Notes: generated by a model not told the origin, from the sequence alone. A stretch of 64,000 bases of DNA from Candidatus Latescibacterota bacterium (GCA_965116885.1 OZ220741.1:384001-448000); one strand, 5' to 3'; shown: positions 9,085-19,739, numbered from the stretch's first letter. Made by a program: numbers and translations.

Positions 9085-10626
9085 TTACGGCTCTATCAAT
9101 TTATAGAACTCTATCGCCCCATTGACAACGCGATTGATAACCGCGCTCTTGGTCGTATGTCGGTTTTCGTCATAGCCAGAGATAAACGTTGCCCCACTGT
9201 AGTCTTTAGTCGCCGCAATCTCATCGCGAATCGCCATTGGCGTCAACGCATCCGCCCGGCGCATCGCTTGAACCACCAGCCTCAGGGCATCGTACCCCAA
9301 TGCAGCCGATCCGTCGGGCGCGACGCCAAACATCGCCGTGTACGCATCAATAAAACGATGGGCGTCTTCACTCAAATCGCCCGGTGCGACTTGAGACGAA
9401 AAAAAACCGCTAAAAAAACTGCCCTCAATAAACGCGCCACTCGTGGCAAGCAAATCTGCGTTATGCCAAGAATCGCCACCGAGAAAAGTCGCTATCAGGC
9501 CAAAATTTTGTCTTGCCTGCTGAACCAGCAACGGAATATCGACAGTAGAACCGGGAATAAAGACCACATCTGGCATAGATGAGGTGACAGCGGCCAGTTG
9601 CGCGGCAAAATCGGTCTCTCCCGACATGTAGAATTGATGCGCCGCGACATGGCCCCCAAGTGCGCCAAAATTATCGACAAAGGTCTGCGATAAGCCCTCC
9701 GAATAAATACTTCCGCGCTCCGTGAGCACCGCAACGCGACCCGCACCCAACTCTTGAACGGCAAACTCCGCCATCACCTTGCCCTGAAAATCGTCCGTAA
9801 AAGCCGCCATAAACACAAAATCACCCGCAGAAGAGACGAGTGGATTGGTCGCATTGGTCGTCACCATTGGTATCCCATGGCGTTGTGCAATTTCCCCGAC
9901 AACGACTGCCTGGCTCGAACGATTAGGGCCAACAATTGCCAATACCCTTTCCTGAGTAATCAATTTCTCTGCCAGTGCTGCAACGTATTCGGTCTCACTT
10001 ATATTTTTTTCAGCGAGTTGTTCTATGGGTACACCGCCATCGACGAGTTCTATTGGCACACCGCGCACACCCCCCGCTTCGTTGAATTGGAGAGCCGCCA
10101 GAGTCGCGCCATCCAGACCGTTTTTTCGGTATGTGCCATATATAAAGCCGATTTTGATTGCATCCTCGGGTTGCGGTATCCGCATGGGTGAACCCATCAC
10201 ACGCACCCGACCACCAATGGGCAAATCGAGCACCACCTCATACCCGCCATTGATCGGAATACTCGACCATAAACCGATCTCTCGCCCATCTATCGACGCA
10301 CGCGCTTGATAATAACCCGTCACATCATCCGATGTAATCTCAACACGAGCCCGACCATTCTCATCTGTCACCCCCGACCACTGATAATCTGCCGCCTGCC
10401 CTGCAACAGAACGCGAAAATTCCACCTTCGCCCAAATCACAGGTGCGCTGTCTCGAAGCACAGTCGCCACCACCACGGCAGACGACGCACTCGTCTGCAC
10501 AGCCAACTTACTCAGCGGACGTCCAACCTGTTCTTCTCCCCCTGCCATCTGCGACGGCATCACCCGCTCGCCACCACAGCCCCACATCATTCCAATCGCA
10601 AACACACAAAAAAAACCTCGCAACAC
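9085..10626 (-). CDS. branched-chain amino acid ABC-type substrate-binding lipoprotein with extra N-terminal domain
   Basis: GTG start with AGGAGG RBS; lipobox-like WGC; C-terminal LivJ-type motifs (ATNPLVS..GDFVF, FTDDFQG, GETDFAAQL, ALGYDA). Confidence 0.85.
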   Translation of the reverse strand: MLRGFFCVFAIGMMWGCGGERVMPSQMAGGEEQVGRPLSKLAVQTSASSAVVVATVLRDSAPVIWAKVEFSRSVAGQAADYQWSGVTDENGRARVEITSDDVTGYYQARASIDGREIGLWSSIPINGGYEVVLDLPIGGRVRVMGSPMRIPQPEDAIKIGFIYGTYRKNGLDGATLAALQFNEAGGVRGVPIELVDGGVPIEQLAEKNISETEYVAALAEKLITQERVLAIVGPNRSSQAVVVGEIAQRHGIPMVTTNATNPLVSSAGDFVFMAAFTDDFQGKVMAEFAVQELGAGRVAVLTERGSIYSEGLSQTFVDNFGALGGHVAAHQFYMSGETDFAAQLAAVTSSMPDVVFIPGSTVDIPLLVQQARQNFGLIATFLGGDSWHNADLLATSGAFIEGSFFSGFFSSQVAPGDLSEDAHRFIDAYTAMFGVAPDGSAALGYDALRLVVQAMRRADALTPMAIRDEIAATKDYSGATFISGYDENRHTTKSAVINRVVNGAIEFYKLIEP

Positions 10627-10640
10627 AAAAACCTCCTGAC

Positions 10641-10681
10641 ATAAACGAATAGACGAATAGACGAATAGACGAATAGACGAA
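10641..10681. repeat. octamer tandem repeat (GAATAGAC)n
   Basis: acgaatagacgaatagacgaatagacgaatagacgaa; related units at 10766-10783, 53603-53624, 56768-56784, 63325-63370. Confidence 0.85.
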
Positions 10682-10700
10682 CCCCACCCTGCCACCCAAC

Positions 10701-10727
10701 GGGCGGGCACAGGGGCACCGCCCCTAC
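10701..10727 (-). repeat. GTAG-type REP palindrome
   Basis: Minus strand GTAGGGGCGGTGCCCCTGTGCCCGCCC. Confidence 0.8.
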
Positions 10728-10792
10728 ATTGATGAACTGTACCGAACCAGTTGTACACCGCTCCGTTGATTCGCTGATTCGTCGTACAACCC

Positions 10793-11629
10793 CTATGTCT
10801 CAAGCCGCGCCCACGCAGTCACATGCGGCGGCAAGAGAAGCGGGCGTTTCGACACCCTGGTCTCTTCCCGAATCCGATCTGATAGTGTATCCACATCGAC
10901 CTCTTCAGCAGTCGCAATTCCAAACTCCTCCATAAGCGGGACCAGACTGCGAAAGGCATTGGCAATAAAATCGTACCCAGCCCACGATTCTGCGCCCCCC
11001 AATGGCGCTACAAAATGCAAAACAGGCGCAGATAAACCGGCATCCAAAAACGTGCGATGGAGATCCATGCCCATTTCAGTATGCGCCCCTGAATGTTGAA
11101 ACACTGCAATTCCCCATTCAACCAGCTTGTTCATAAGCGGCGTATCTGAACGAGAAATCGATACATAAGGCGTAAAATCCACCTCCTGAAAGGCGACAAT
11201 CCCCCCCGGGCGCAAGTGCCTTGTGAGTTGTTTCAACGCCTCTGCGGGATCAGACATATACATAAGAACGAGACGCCCGACCACCGCATCGAAGTCTCCC
11301 CCCACATCCAGGGTTCGGGCATCTCCTGCTATGAACTGAATATTTTCAAAACCCAGTTCGCTCACCCTTGCCCGGGCCGTATCGAGAATCGCCGCATTGA
11401 CATCCACACCCACGACTTCCCCCTCTGCACCGACCAACTCGGCTGCTGCCATCGCAACATCTCCGGCACCGCTACCCACATCGAGAACCCGCATCCCGCC
11501 AACCAGACCCGCCTCCTGAAAAAAACGCAGCGTCACAGCCTCGTAGAGTTGTGACTGCTGAATCAAACGCTCCGTCTCCCCCTCACTGCGTCCCATCGTA
11601 TATCTCGGATCGCTCTTCGAATCGCTCAT
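10793..11629 (-). CDS. class I SAM-dependent methyltransferase
   Basis: VLDVGSGAGD, FDAVVGRLVLMY, LRPGG. Confidence 0.9.
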   Translation of the reverse strand: MSDSKSDPRYTMGRSEGETERLIQQSQLYEAVTLRFFQEAGLVGGMRVLDVGSGAGDVAMAAAELVGAEGEVVGVDVNAAILDTARARVSELGFENIQFIAGDARTLDVGGDFDAVVGRLVLMYMSDPAEALKQLTRHLRPGGIVAFQEVDFTPYVSISRSDTPLMNKLVEWGIAVFQHSGAHTEMGMDLHRTFLDAGLSAPVLHFVAPLGGAESWAGYDFIANAFRSLVPLMEEFGIATAEEVDVDTLSDRIREETRVSKRPLLLPPHVTAWARLET

Positions 11630-11720
11630 CTTACTTCACCCTCCTCAAAAAATTAAAAAAACACCATGACAGCCACTCAATAATCAACTACATTTGCATT
11701 AAATATAAGGAGAAATACAA

Positions 11721-14633
11721 ATGGCATCCCGAATATTTTTTGTCCTTTGTCTTATTCTCAGCATCCCCATTTCGGCCTTTGCCCAACTCACGATTAGAGG
11801 CACAGTCACCGACGAGCGAGGCGAGGGCCTACCCAATGCCAATATCATTGTCATTGGCACAACATCTGGCACCAGCACCGATGCACAGGGCAATTTTGCA
11901 TTATATTTGCCAGAGCCAGAAGCGGAAACCACCATCGAAGCGCGTTTTGTAGGCTATAAATCCGCCAGACAAACCATTCGCCAGAACAACGGACTTGCGG
12001 AAGTCTCTTTTCAACTCAGCGTAGATGCCTTACAATTTGACGAAATCGTCGTCACCGGCCTTTCCGTTGCAACCAGCAAAAAACAACTGGGAAATGCCCT
12101 ATCCACCCTGAACATTCGCCAATTGGAATCGACTGGCGCCACCTCCCTCGACAAAGCCTTAACCGGTAAATTAGCCGGTGCCCTCATTCAGCAAAATTCG
12201 GGTAACCCAGCTGGCGGCGTAACCATCCGTCTGCGCGGAACCGGTACCGTCCTGGGCGATGCCGACCCCCTCTATGTGGTAGATGGCGTCATTGTGAACA
12301 ACGATTCCCCCGAACTCATCCGCCTCGGTGGCGGGGCACAAAATCGCCTCATCGATCTCAACCCAAACGACGTAGAACGCATTGAAATCGTAAAAGGCGC
12401 GGCTGCCGCTGCCCTTTACGGATCGCGTGCAAACAACGGCGTCGTGCAAATATTTACAAAACGCGGCGCACAGGGCAAGCCTCGCATAACCTATACCTCT
12501 CGTATTTCAACATCTAAAATACGCAAAACACTGCCTGTAAATCGGGCAACCGTTGACAATAGGGGAAATAAAAATCCCGATGGCTCCGATGTGCAACGCT
12601 TTGACCATCAGGACTTCATCTTTAGACGCGCCGCAGGAATAGAGCACTATGCGTCGGTTTCGGGAGGATCTGGCAATACCCGTTATTTTGCCTCTGGATC
12701 CTATCTCGCCGATCAAGGCGTGGTTGAAAATACATTGTTTCGGCGGATCAGTGGCCGAACGCGCATCGACCAGAATTTGTCGGACTGGTTGGCCTTATCT
12801 GTGGGTGGAAATTTCGTATTTAGCAAAAGCAATGACATTCCCAACGGCGGGCTAAATTCAAACTACGGTGCGATGACAGGTTTTATTTTTGGCCCCAATA
12901 CCTATAATCTCACACCCGACCCCGCGACCGGTGCTTATCCGAGCGACGGCGTTCTCGCCAACCCCCTCGAAGTCATTGACCGATATGATTTTACACAAGA
13001 AATCACGCGCTATATTGGAAACGCACAGATAGATGCAACTCCGCTATCTGGATTGAGTATCGACTATACGCTGGGTGTCGATGCCTACGACCAGACAGCC
13101 ATCGCATTTATACCCGCTGGTACCTCTGCGCCGGGCCTGGCAAATGGCCTTTCTCGAAGAGCCGTATTCGATTTTCTGCAACTCAACAACGACATCAACC
13201 TCAGATACCAGCGGGACATATTTCCCAATGTACAATCGACCACGCGAATTGGCGGAACCCTGCAATACGAAAAAGGGGAAAACTTCAGCGCAGAAGCCAA
13301 AAATCTGAGTCCTGTTGCAGAAGTCGTATCGAGCGGTGCAAACGTCATCGCAGGCGAAATTAGGAGCAAAAGAGTCATTTATGGCGGATTTATCCAGCAA
13401 ACCTTTGGAATCGCCAATCGCCTTTTTGTCACGGCTGCTGCCCGCATCGACGCCTCCTCGGTCTATGACGCGGATAATCGCTGGCAATTTTATCCAAAAG
13501 CGAGTGCCTCCTATCTCATTTCAGATACGGGCTTCTGGCAAAATGGCGCACTTCAAAATATCTTTCCAGACTTCAAATTGCGAGCCTCCATAGGCACTTC
13601 AGGGGGTCAAACAGCTATTGGGCCTTATGACCGCCTGACCAATTACAATGCATCCTCTTATGACGGCAACCCCGGCCTGGTGCCCAGCACGCAACTCGGC
13701 GGGACGATCAAACCCGAAAGACAGCGGGAAATTGAAATAGGAACGGATTTTAGTCTCCTGTCCAATCGCCTGGGCATAGAACTGACCTATTACGATCAAC
13801 ACATCGACGACTTGTTGCTATTCCGCACATTATCCCCCTCCACAGGTCACTCGCGCGCCCTGCAAAATGTCGGTACCATGGACAATACCGGATTGGAACT
13901 CCTCGTGCGCGCGATTCCGCTTGCACGCCCCAATCTCCGCTGGGAATCGACCTTCACATATTCGACCAACAAAAACAAAGTCGATGGCATTGAGGGCGGA
14001 CGATTGATCATTCCAAATTCGTTTTCTCAGGTCTCTGCCATCAACGGCGAACCCCTCGGGGTTTTCTTCAGCACGGCTTTTGAACGCGATACCCAGGGCA
14101 ATATCGCACGCGATGAAAACAATCTCCCGATACAAGCGGCTGATCGCAAAATTATTGGAGATCCCAACCCGGACTTTACCGCTTCATGGATCAATCAGAT
14201 CGCCCTGGGACAAAACTGGTCATTTCGCATGCAATGGGACGCCATCATAGGTGGCGATGTGTTTAACTTCACCAGACGCCTGGCCGCATTGAGCGCATTC
14301 GGCGTTTTAACAGACTACGAACGAGAATTAAACGGCGAACTCCCTTCTGGATATAATTCGCGGGTCTTCCGAATTTTTGAGCAATGGATCGAAGATGGAT
14401 CCTTTGTGAAATTGCGCGAACTATCCGCATCTTATCGCTGGCAGCCCCAATTTTTGGGATTGAGCAGCATTCAATTGAGCCTGATTGGACGCAATTTGCT
14501 TTCCATAGACAACTACAGCGGTTACGATCCGGAAACCAACATCGCCGGACAGCGCACCGCAGTGCGCGGATTTGACTTCGTAGAAGTGCCCATCCCGCGC
14601 AGTATTGCATTTCGTATAAGCTTGAACTACTAA
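11721..14633 (+). CDS. susC: SusC/RagA family TonB-dependent outer membrane receptor
   Basis: Signal peptide, carboxypeptidase-regulatory-like domain, DPLYVVDG, IEIVKGAAAAALYGSRANNGVVQIFTKRG, YSGYDPE. Confidence 0.93.
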   Translation: MASRIFFVLCLILSIPISAFAQLTIRGTVTDERGEGLPNANIIVIGTTSGTSTDAQGNFALYLPEPEAETTIEARFVGYKSARQTIRQNNGLAEVSFQLSVDALQFDEIVVTGLSVATSKKQLGNALSTLNIRQLESTGATSLDKALTGKLAGALIQQNSGNPAGGVTIRLRGTGTVLGDADPLYVVDGVIVNNDSPELIRLGGGAQNRLIDLNPNDVERIEIVKGAAAAALYGSRANNGVVQIFTKRGAQGKPRITYTSRISTSKIRKTLPVNRATVDNRGNKNPDGSDVQRFDHQDFIFRRAAGIEHYASVSGGSGNTRYFASGSYLADQGVVENTLFRRISGRTRIDQNLSDWLALSVGGNFVFSKSNDIPNGGLNSNYGAMTGFIFGPNTYNLTPDPATGAYPSDGVLANPLEVIDRYDFTQEITRYIGNAQIDATPLSGLSIDYTLGVDAYDQTAIAFIPAGTSAPGLANGLSRRAVFDFLQLNNDINLRYQRDIFPNVQSTTRIGGTLQYEKGENFSAEAKNLSPVAEVVSSGANVIAGEIRSKRVIYGGFIQQTFGIANRLFVTAAARIDASSVYDADNRWQFYPKASASYLISDTGFWQNGALQNIFPDFKLRASIGTSGGQTAIGPYDRLTNYNASSYDGNPGLVPSTQLGGTIKPERQREIEIGTDFSLLSNRLGIELTYYDQHIDDLLLFRTLSPSTGHSRALQNVGTMDNTGLELLVRAIPLARPNLRWESTFTYSTNKNKVDGIEGGRLIIPNSFSQVSAINGEPLGVFFSTAFERDTQGNIARDENNLPIQAADRKIIGDPNPDFTASWINQIALGQNWSFRMQWDAIIGGDVFNFTRRLAALSAFGVLTDYERELNGELPSGYNSRVFRIFEQWIEDGSFVKLRELSASYRWQPQFLGLSSIQLSLIGRNLLSIDNYSGYDPETNIAGQRTAVRGFDFVEVPIPRSIAFRISLNY

Positions 14634-14649
14634 GCGGAGAAAAAAGAAC

Positions 14650-15954
14650 ATGAAATCGAGTCTCCTGTGTATTCTCCCGGCATTGCTGCTCTTTTTTATA
14701 CAAGGTTGCGATTTAAACATAACAAATCCAAACCAGGCAGTGGAAGAGCGCGTTTTAACCACCAGTGACGGCATTATCGCACTCGCCATTGGCATGCAAC
14801 GAGATTACGCGAGTCAGAATGTCGATTCATACATTCGTCATCCGGCAATTACAAGCCGCGAATTTGCGGCAAACACGACCTTTGCCAACCTCATACAATT
14901 AGAGGATGGTCTCAACGCTTTGTCTGGCGCGAACAGCGGTGTCAGCGCGATCTGGTTCGACTCATATCGCGTCATCGGAATAGCCAACGACCTGATCGAA
15001 AACGCCCCCAATGTGCAACTTTCAGAAGGTACGCGCAGCGGCATTATTGCACTGTCTCAACTTTACAAAGCGATGTGCCTGGGATTCGTCGCACAGGCTT
15101 TTGAGTTCGCGCCAACAGATGTACAGGCCGATGGACAAGCCCCTTTCGTGCCGCGACCCGAGGTACTTGTCGAAGCGATTCGCTTGCTGGACAACGCGCT
15201 CCAAACCATCGAGACCACGCCGCTATCTGCTCAATTCAACGCAGATATCCTGGGGCAGGGATTCGATCTTTTAAATACAATTCACGCTTATCGGGCGCGC
15301 TATAACCTGTTCACGGGAAATTATCCAGCCGCACTTGAAGCCGCCAATACCGTCGATCCCTCGTCAACTTCTGTCTATACTTATGACGCCGAAAATCAGA
15401 ACCCCATTTACACCCAGGTCTTTGCTTTGGATGATTATGCGCCAAGAGATAATTTCGGAACGCGGGTCACAGACAGCAACGATGCGAGACTTGCATTTTA
15501 TCTCATGCCAGATGACCGCCTGAGCAATCCCAACGCCTTGCCGATTGAAACGCTATCCGGATTTTGGAACACCGCCACGTCGTCCATCCCGGCATATTTG
15601 CCCGGCGAAATGGCTCTGACGAGGGCAGAGGCAAACGCAATGATGGGAAATATCACAGGAGCGATCGCCGAAATAGACGCCATCCGCACAAAAACACCCG
15701 ATCGCGATCCCTTTGGCATTGGGGCATCGCTACCACCCTACAGCGGTCCACAAACCGTCGAGGCCGTGACAGAAGAGATCTTTCGGCAGCGCAGAGCCGA
15801 ATTATTCCTCAGCGGTACTGGATTGGAAGACAGCCGACGCCTCGGTCAACCCGGCCCCTCATCCGACCCCTTTGAGCGAAATCGGAATTTCTATCCCTAT
15901 GCCGACCAGGAGCGATTAAACAACCCCAATACGCCTTCCCATCCCGCAAATTAG
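14650..15954 (+). CDS. susD: SusD/RagB family outer membrane lipoprotein
   Basis: Lipobox IQGC, directly after susC, LTRAEA and QRRAELFLSG..LEDSRR motifs. Confidence 0.9.
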   Translation: MKSSLLCILPALLLFFIQGCDLNITNPNQAVEERVLTTSDGIIALAIGMQRDYASQNVDSYIRHPAITSREFAANTTFANLIQLEDGLNALSGANSGVSAIWFDSYRVIGIANDLIENAPNVQLSEGTRSGIIALSQLYKAMCLGFVAQAFEFAPTDVQADGQAPFVPRPEVLVEAIRLLDNALQTIETTPLSAQFNADILGQGFDLLNTIHAYRARYNLFTGNYPAALEAANTVDPSSTSVYTYDAENQNPIYTQVFALDDYAPRDNFGTRVTDSNDARLAFYLMPDDRLSNPNALPIETLSGFWNTATSSIPAYLPGEMALTRAEANAMMGNITGAIAEIDAIRTKTPDRDPFGIGASLPPYSGPQTVEAVTEEIFRQRRAELFLSGTGLEDSRRLGQPGPSSDPFERNRNFYPYADQERLNNPNTPSHPAN

Positions 15955-16033
15955 CTCCATCAAAAACAAAAACAGAGAGCCGCGCAAATAGCACAGCCCT
16001 CTGTTTGGGAGAGAAGTGGTTCTATGATCCGTT

Positions 16034-19000
16034 TTAATCCGCCGCCTGCGCCGGGTCATCCCCCCACGGCTCAGACCTCTGGAAACTCACCGCGGCAATC
16101 CGCTTCAACAACCCGCGCAAATCATCCAACAAAACGTAAAACAGCGGAATCACAAACAGCGTCAACGCCGTTGACACAATCAGCCCGCCCATCATCGTAA
16201 TCCCCAGTGGCGCATAGGGCATCCCCATCATCGTACTGCTGCCAATCGCCATGGGAAATAACCCGAACACCGTCGTGCAGGTCGTCATCAAAATGGGACG
16301 AAAACGATTGTGACCCGCCGCCATAATTGCCGCCGCGCGATCCATACCCGTCTGGCGCAACCGATTGATCATATCGACCAGCACAATCGCATTGTTGACC
16401 ACCACCCCAATCAGCACAATTGCCCCCACATTCGACATAAAATCCATCGTCGTACCCGTCAACCACAACCCCCAGTACACTCCCAAAAAAGAAAACGGAA
16501 TCGAAAAAATCACAGCAAAGGGCAAAATAACCGACTCAAACAACACGCCCATCAGCAAAAACACAAAAACGACCGCCATAATCACCGCAAATGTCATCGC
16601 CTGACTTTCTCGGCTGTATTGCGAATACCGCTCGCCCTTGTTCCACTCATACCCCCTCGGCAGCGTGAACCCCTCCATCACCCGATCAATTTCCCGATAC
16701 AACCCTTCCACATCATCCTTGGTCGTATAAACGCGCACGCGCAACCGGTTGCGACCATTATGCCTAAAAATATAGCCTGGACCTTTGGTTATTTCAAAAG
16801 TTGCAAAACTCGATAACGGCAACTTTTCACCCGTATCGGTCACAAACATAAAATTCTTCAACTGCATCAGCGACTGCCGGTCGGATTCATCCAAAATCAG
16901 TTGCACATTCACCTCGTGATCATCCGTCTGAAACCGCGGCAACGTCGCACCGCGCAATTGATATGCCAATGTGCGGCTGATCCGCTCTGCCGGAATACCG
17001 TGCTTTTTTGCCTGAGCGCGATTCACGCGAATGCGAATCTCGTCTTTGCCAAACTCCAGGTCGCTTTGCAAACTCGTCACCGATGGAATCTGCTGCAACC
17101 GCCGCTCCACTTCCCCCAGCATATCTTCTAATTTTTCAAAATCAGGACCGTACAAATACACGCGCACATAGGGATCGCGCCCCCCCGAATTTCTGGATTC
17201 CACAGAGACCCGAAATCCAACATAGCGCGGCACCTCCTTATTCAACTCGTCAATGATCTCTTGTCGCGTCATCCACCGCTCAATGGGAAAACCGATCAAC
17301 ACACGCGCCCAGCGATACACAGCATACCACCACGCTTGATGGGGATCTTCCTCCAGATTCATTCGCAAATTGATGTACCCGCGCCGAAAATACGTCATAA
17401 CATTTTTGATCTTATACCTATCCCGCCGCTCATTCACATACACTTCCAGATCGCTCGCAATTTTATCCATCTCTTCCAGGGAAAAATTATTGGGACCATA
17501 CATGCGAATGGTCACGCGATTCGAAGAAAAACGCATCTGATCGGTCTTCTTCACATTCTGATATGGAAAATAAATCGTAGCAAACAAAACCAGCACCATG
17601 AGAAACGCATCTCGCCGATGGTGAATAACCCAGTTCAAACCGCGCCGATAAATGCGGCGGACAAAAGCGATGGACTTTGGATCTGACCGCACAACCGCAT
17701 CGCCAAAGCGCTGGGCAGCCAGGGGAATAAACAACAGTGCCACAAACAGAGACGCCACCAGCGCAAACACCACGGGCATCCCAATTTTCGACAGCAAAAA
17801 CTTCATATCAAAGCTGTCATTCATCAGCATCATCGGCAAAAACACCACCACAGTGGTCAGCGTCGCCATCGTAATCGCCAGCCCCACCTCGCTCGCCCCG
17901 TGGATAGATGCACCGCGCGGATCTTCACCCTCTGCCCGCAAGCGATAAATATTCTCCACAATCACAATCGCATTATCCACCACCATGCCCACCCCCACCA
18001 TCAACCCCATCATCGTCAACAAATTGAGCGACCAACCCATAAAATAGAGCACGGTAATCGTCATCATCACACACAGCGGAATGGACAGCGTAATCAGCGC
18101 CGTCATACGCAGAGCACGCAAAAAAAACAGCAACACCAGCGCCGCAAACAACCCGCCCCAAAGTCCCGTGACTTTCAAATTATCCATCGAATCTTCTATC
18201 AGCTTGCCCTCGCTGTAAAACAGGCGAAACTCCGCAGGCGTATTGGCCTCAATCTCCTCCATTTTGACCACGATACGCTTGCACAAATCGACAATATTCT
18301 CACCCGACTCCTTATACACATCCAGACCCAGATTGCGCTGCCCATCCACGCGCCACACCCGGTCTCTCGGCGGCGCAGCATACACCACATCTGCCACATC
18401 CTTGAGGCGCACCTGCACACTGCTATAACGGCTCTGAACAACAATATTCTCAATCTCCTTCAGGCTTTGATAATGCGCCAGAGATCGCACGTAAAACCGC
18501 TTACCTCCCTCCTGCACATGACCGCCAGACAAAGAAAAATTGTCCTGCTGCAACGACGCCACAAGCTCATGGGTTTCAATCCCATGCGTTCGCAACCGCT
18601 CTTGATCCACCAGAATCAAAACCTCCTTGTTCTCAAACCCCCACACACTGGTTTTCGCCACGCCATCAATCCGCTCAATTGGATCGAGAACATGGGTTTG
18701 AACCCATTGCTCCTTATTGACAATATCCTCCGGAATAGACAACCCCGTCCAGACCACCTCGGAATCGGTTTCTTGATTCCACGAATACACCTTGATCTGA
18801 TCGCGCACTTCTTCGGGCAAATCGAGCCTGGCGTGCTCAAGTCGATCTGCCACGCGAACATACGCCTCGCGCATATCTGTGCCCCGGTGAAATTTCAACT
18901 CAACGCCTGCCCACGGATCGCCGGCAAAAGCGTAAATATCGCTGAGTTCTCTCACCGTACGCATATGTCGTTCCATCGGCAACGCAATGGTATTAAATCG

Positions 19001-19204
19001 CTCTTGAACCGACGCATTTTCTGTGGCAACATCCACCCAAAACCGATTCCAGTCATTGCCCGACGCCCATGCCTGAATGGGAATGCGCCAATACGCCACC
19101 AGCCCAATCACCATCAACCCCACCAAACACATCGTCACCGTCACCGGCCGCGTCACCGAAATCCTGGGCAAAAGCGATGTTCTCTTCTCCTTCTTCTCAG
19201 CCAT
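16034..19204 (-). CDS. RND efflux transporter permease (AcrB family)
   Basis: 1056 aa; RPVTVTM, GMVVDNAIV, VVVNNAIVLVD, RFRPILMTT. Confidence 0.93.
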   Translation of the reverse strand: MAEKKEKRTSLLPRISVTRPVTVTMCLVGLMVIGLVAYWRIPIQAWASGNDWNRFWVDVATENASVQERFNTIALPMERHMRTVRELSDIYAFAGDPWAGVELKFHRGTDMREAYVRVADRLEHARLDLPEEVRDQIKVYSWNQETDSEVVWTGLSIPEDIVNKEQWVQTHVLDPIERIDGVAKTSVWGFENKEVLILVDQERLRTHGIETHELVASLQQDNFSLSGGHVQEGGKRFYVRSLAHYQSLKEIENIVVQSRYSSVQVRLKDVADVVYAAPPRDRVWRVDGQRNLGLDVYKESGENIVDLCKRIVVKMEEIEANTPAEFRLFYSEGKLIEDSMDNLKVTGLWGGLFAALVLLFFLRALRMTALITLSIPLCVMMTITVLYFMGWSLNLLTMMGLMVGVGMVVDNAIVIVENIYRLRAEGEDPRGASIHGASEVGLAITMATLTTVVVFLPMMLMNDSFDMKFLLSKIGMPVVFALVASLFVALLFIPLAAQRFGDAVVRSDPKSIAFVRRIYRRGLNWVIHHRRDAFLMVLVLFATIYFPYQNVKKTDQMRFSSNRVTIRMYGPNNFSLEEMDKIASDLEVYVNERRDRYKIKNVMTYFRRGYINLRMNLEEDPHQAWWYAVYRWARVLIGFPIERWMTRQEIIDELNKEVPRYVGFRVSVESRNSGGRDPYVRVYLYGPDFEKLEDMLGEVERRLQQIPSVTSLQSDLEFGKDEIRIRVNRAQAKKHGIPAERISRTLAYQLRGATLPRFQTDDHEVNVQLILDESDRQSLMQLKNFMFVTDTGEKLPLSSFATFEITKGPGYIFRHNGRNRLRVRVYTTKDDVEGLYREIDRVMEGFTLPRGYEWNKGERYSQYSRESQAMTFAVIMAVVFVFLLMGVLFESVILPFAVIFSIPFSFLGVYWGLWLTGTTMDFMSNVGAIVLIGVVVNNAIVLVDMINRLRQTGMDRAAAIMAAGHNRFRPILMTTCTTVFGLFPMAIGSSTMMGMPYAPLGITMMGGLIVSTALTLFVIPLFYVLLDDLRGLLKRIAAVSFQRSEPWGDDPAQAAD

Positions 19205-19247
19205 TTATATCCTCCGAATGGTATCCCATCTCTCCTCTCTCACCTAT

Positions 19248-19277
19248 ATAGACACACCCCAGAACCATCCGGTTTTC
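19248..19277 (-). promoter_or_regulatory. candidate ECF sigma promoter of the RND gene
   Basis: GAAAAC-N18-GTCTAT, same spacing as the GGAAC-N18-GTCTAA motif upstream of the ECF sigma gene. Confidence 0.45.
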
Positions 19278-19285
19278 TTTTGGGC

Positions 19286-19310
19286 AAAAAAAAATCCGCA
19301 AAGCGGATTT
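19286..19310 (-). terminator. intrinsic terminator after small paralogous genes
   Basis: Minus strand AAATCCGC-TTT-GCGGATTTTTTTT. Confidence 0.7.
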
Positions 19311-19384
19311 ATAAAAGTCACAGCGGGATTGGCGATATCAATGTCCAGAAATACGAGTCTCCTGCTTTCAAGAAATGTCAAGTA

Positions 19385-19681
19385 TTATTTGATCAGCAAC
19401 CCGGCGACGGCACAGATCGCAATAACGGCAGCAATGACACAAGAAATTTGCCAATTGCGCGTATTGCCAAACTCTTGCTTTGCCGATTGTATTTCTTGTT
19501 TTAGTTCATCCCGTAAGCCCCGAAAGCCCGCATCCATTTTATCGGACAAGCGATTTATAGCTTGTGTCAATTCGCTTTTGGTATTGTCAACATCGGTTTG
19601 CATACGTTCAACTCGCTTGTCGAATTGGTCAAATTGCCCCTTCAGTTCAGCTTGTTCCTTTTCAACTGCTTCAATCGCCAT
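19385..19681 (-). CDS. small coiled-coil protein with C-terminal membrane anchor (paralog 2)
   Basis: Heptad-rich helix then WQISCVIAAVIAICAVAGLLIK; paralog of 19740-20003. Confidence 0.8.
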   Translation of the reverse strand: MAIEAVEKEQAELKGQFDQFDKRVERMQTDVDNTKSELTQAINRLSDKMDAGFRGLRDELKQEIQSAKQEFGNTRNWQISCVIAAVIAICAVAGLLIK

Positions 19682-19739
19682 TGGTTTTCCTTACGGTTTG
19701 AGTCACAAATTGAGTTATTGAGAGAGACAGTGAGAGGCG

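Noticed and set aside
10641..10681. Short repeat arrays (octamer, decamer, REPs) as CRISPR
   Set aside because: No 23-47 bp repeats with unique equal-length spacers and no cas genes.
17900..19504. Long antisense ORFs (also 26876-28147, 32638-34026, 40717-42165, 48641-50302)
   Set aside because: Shadows of well-supported opposite-strand genes with no recognisable motifs.
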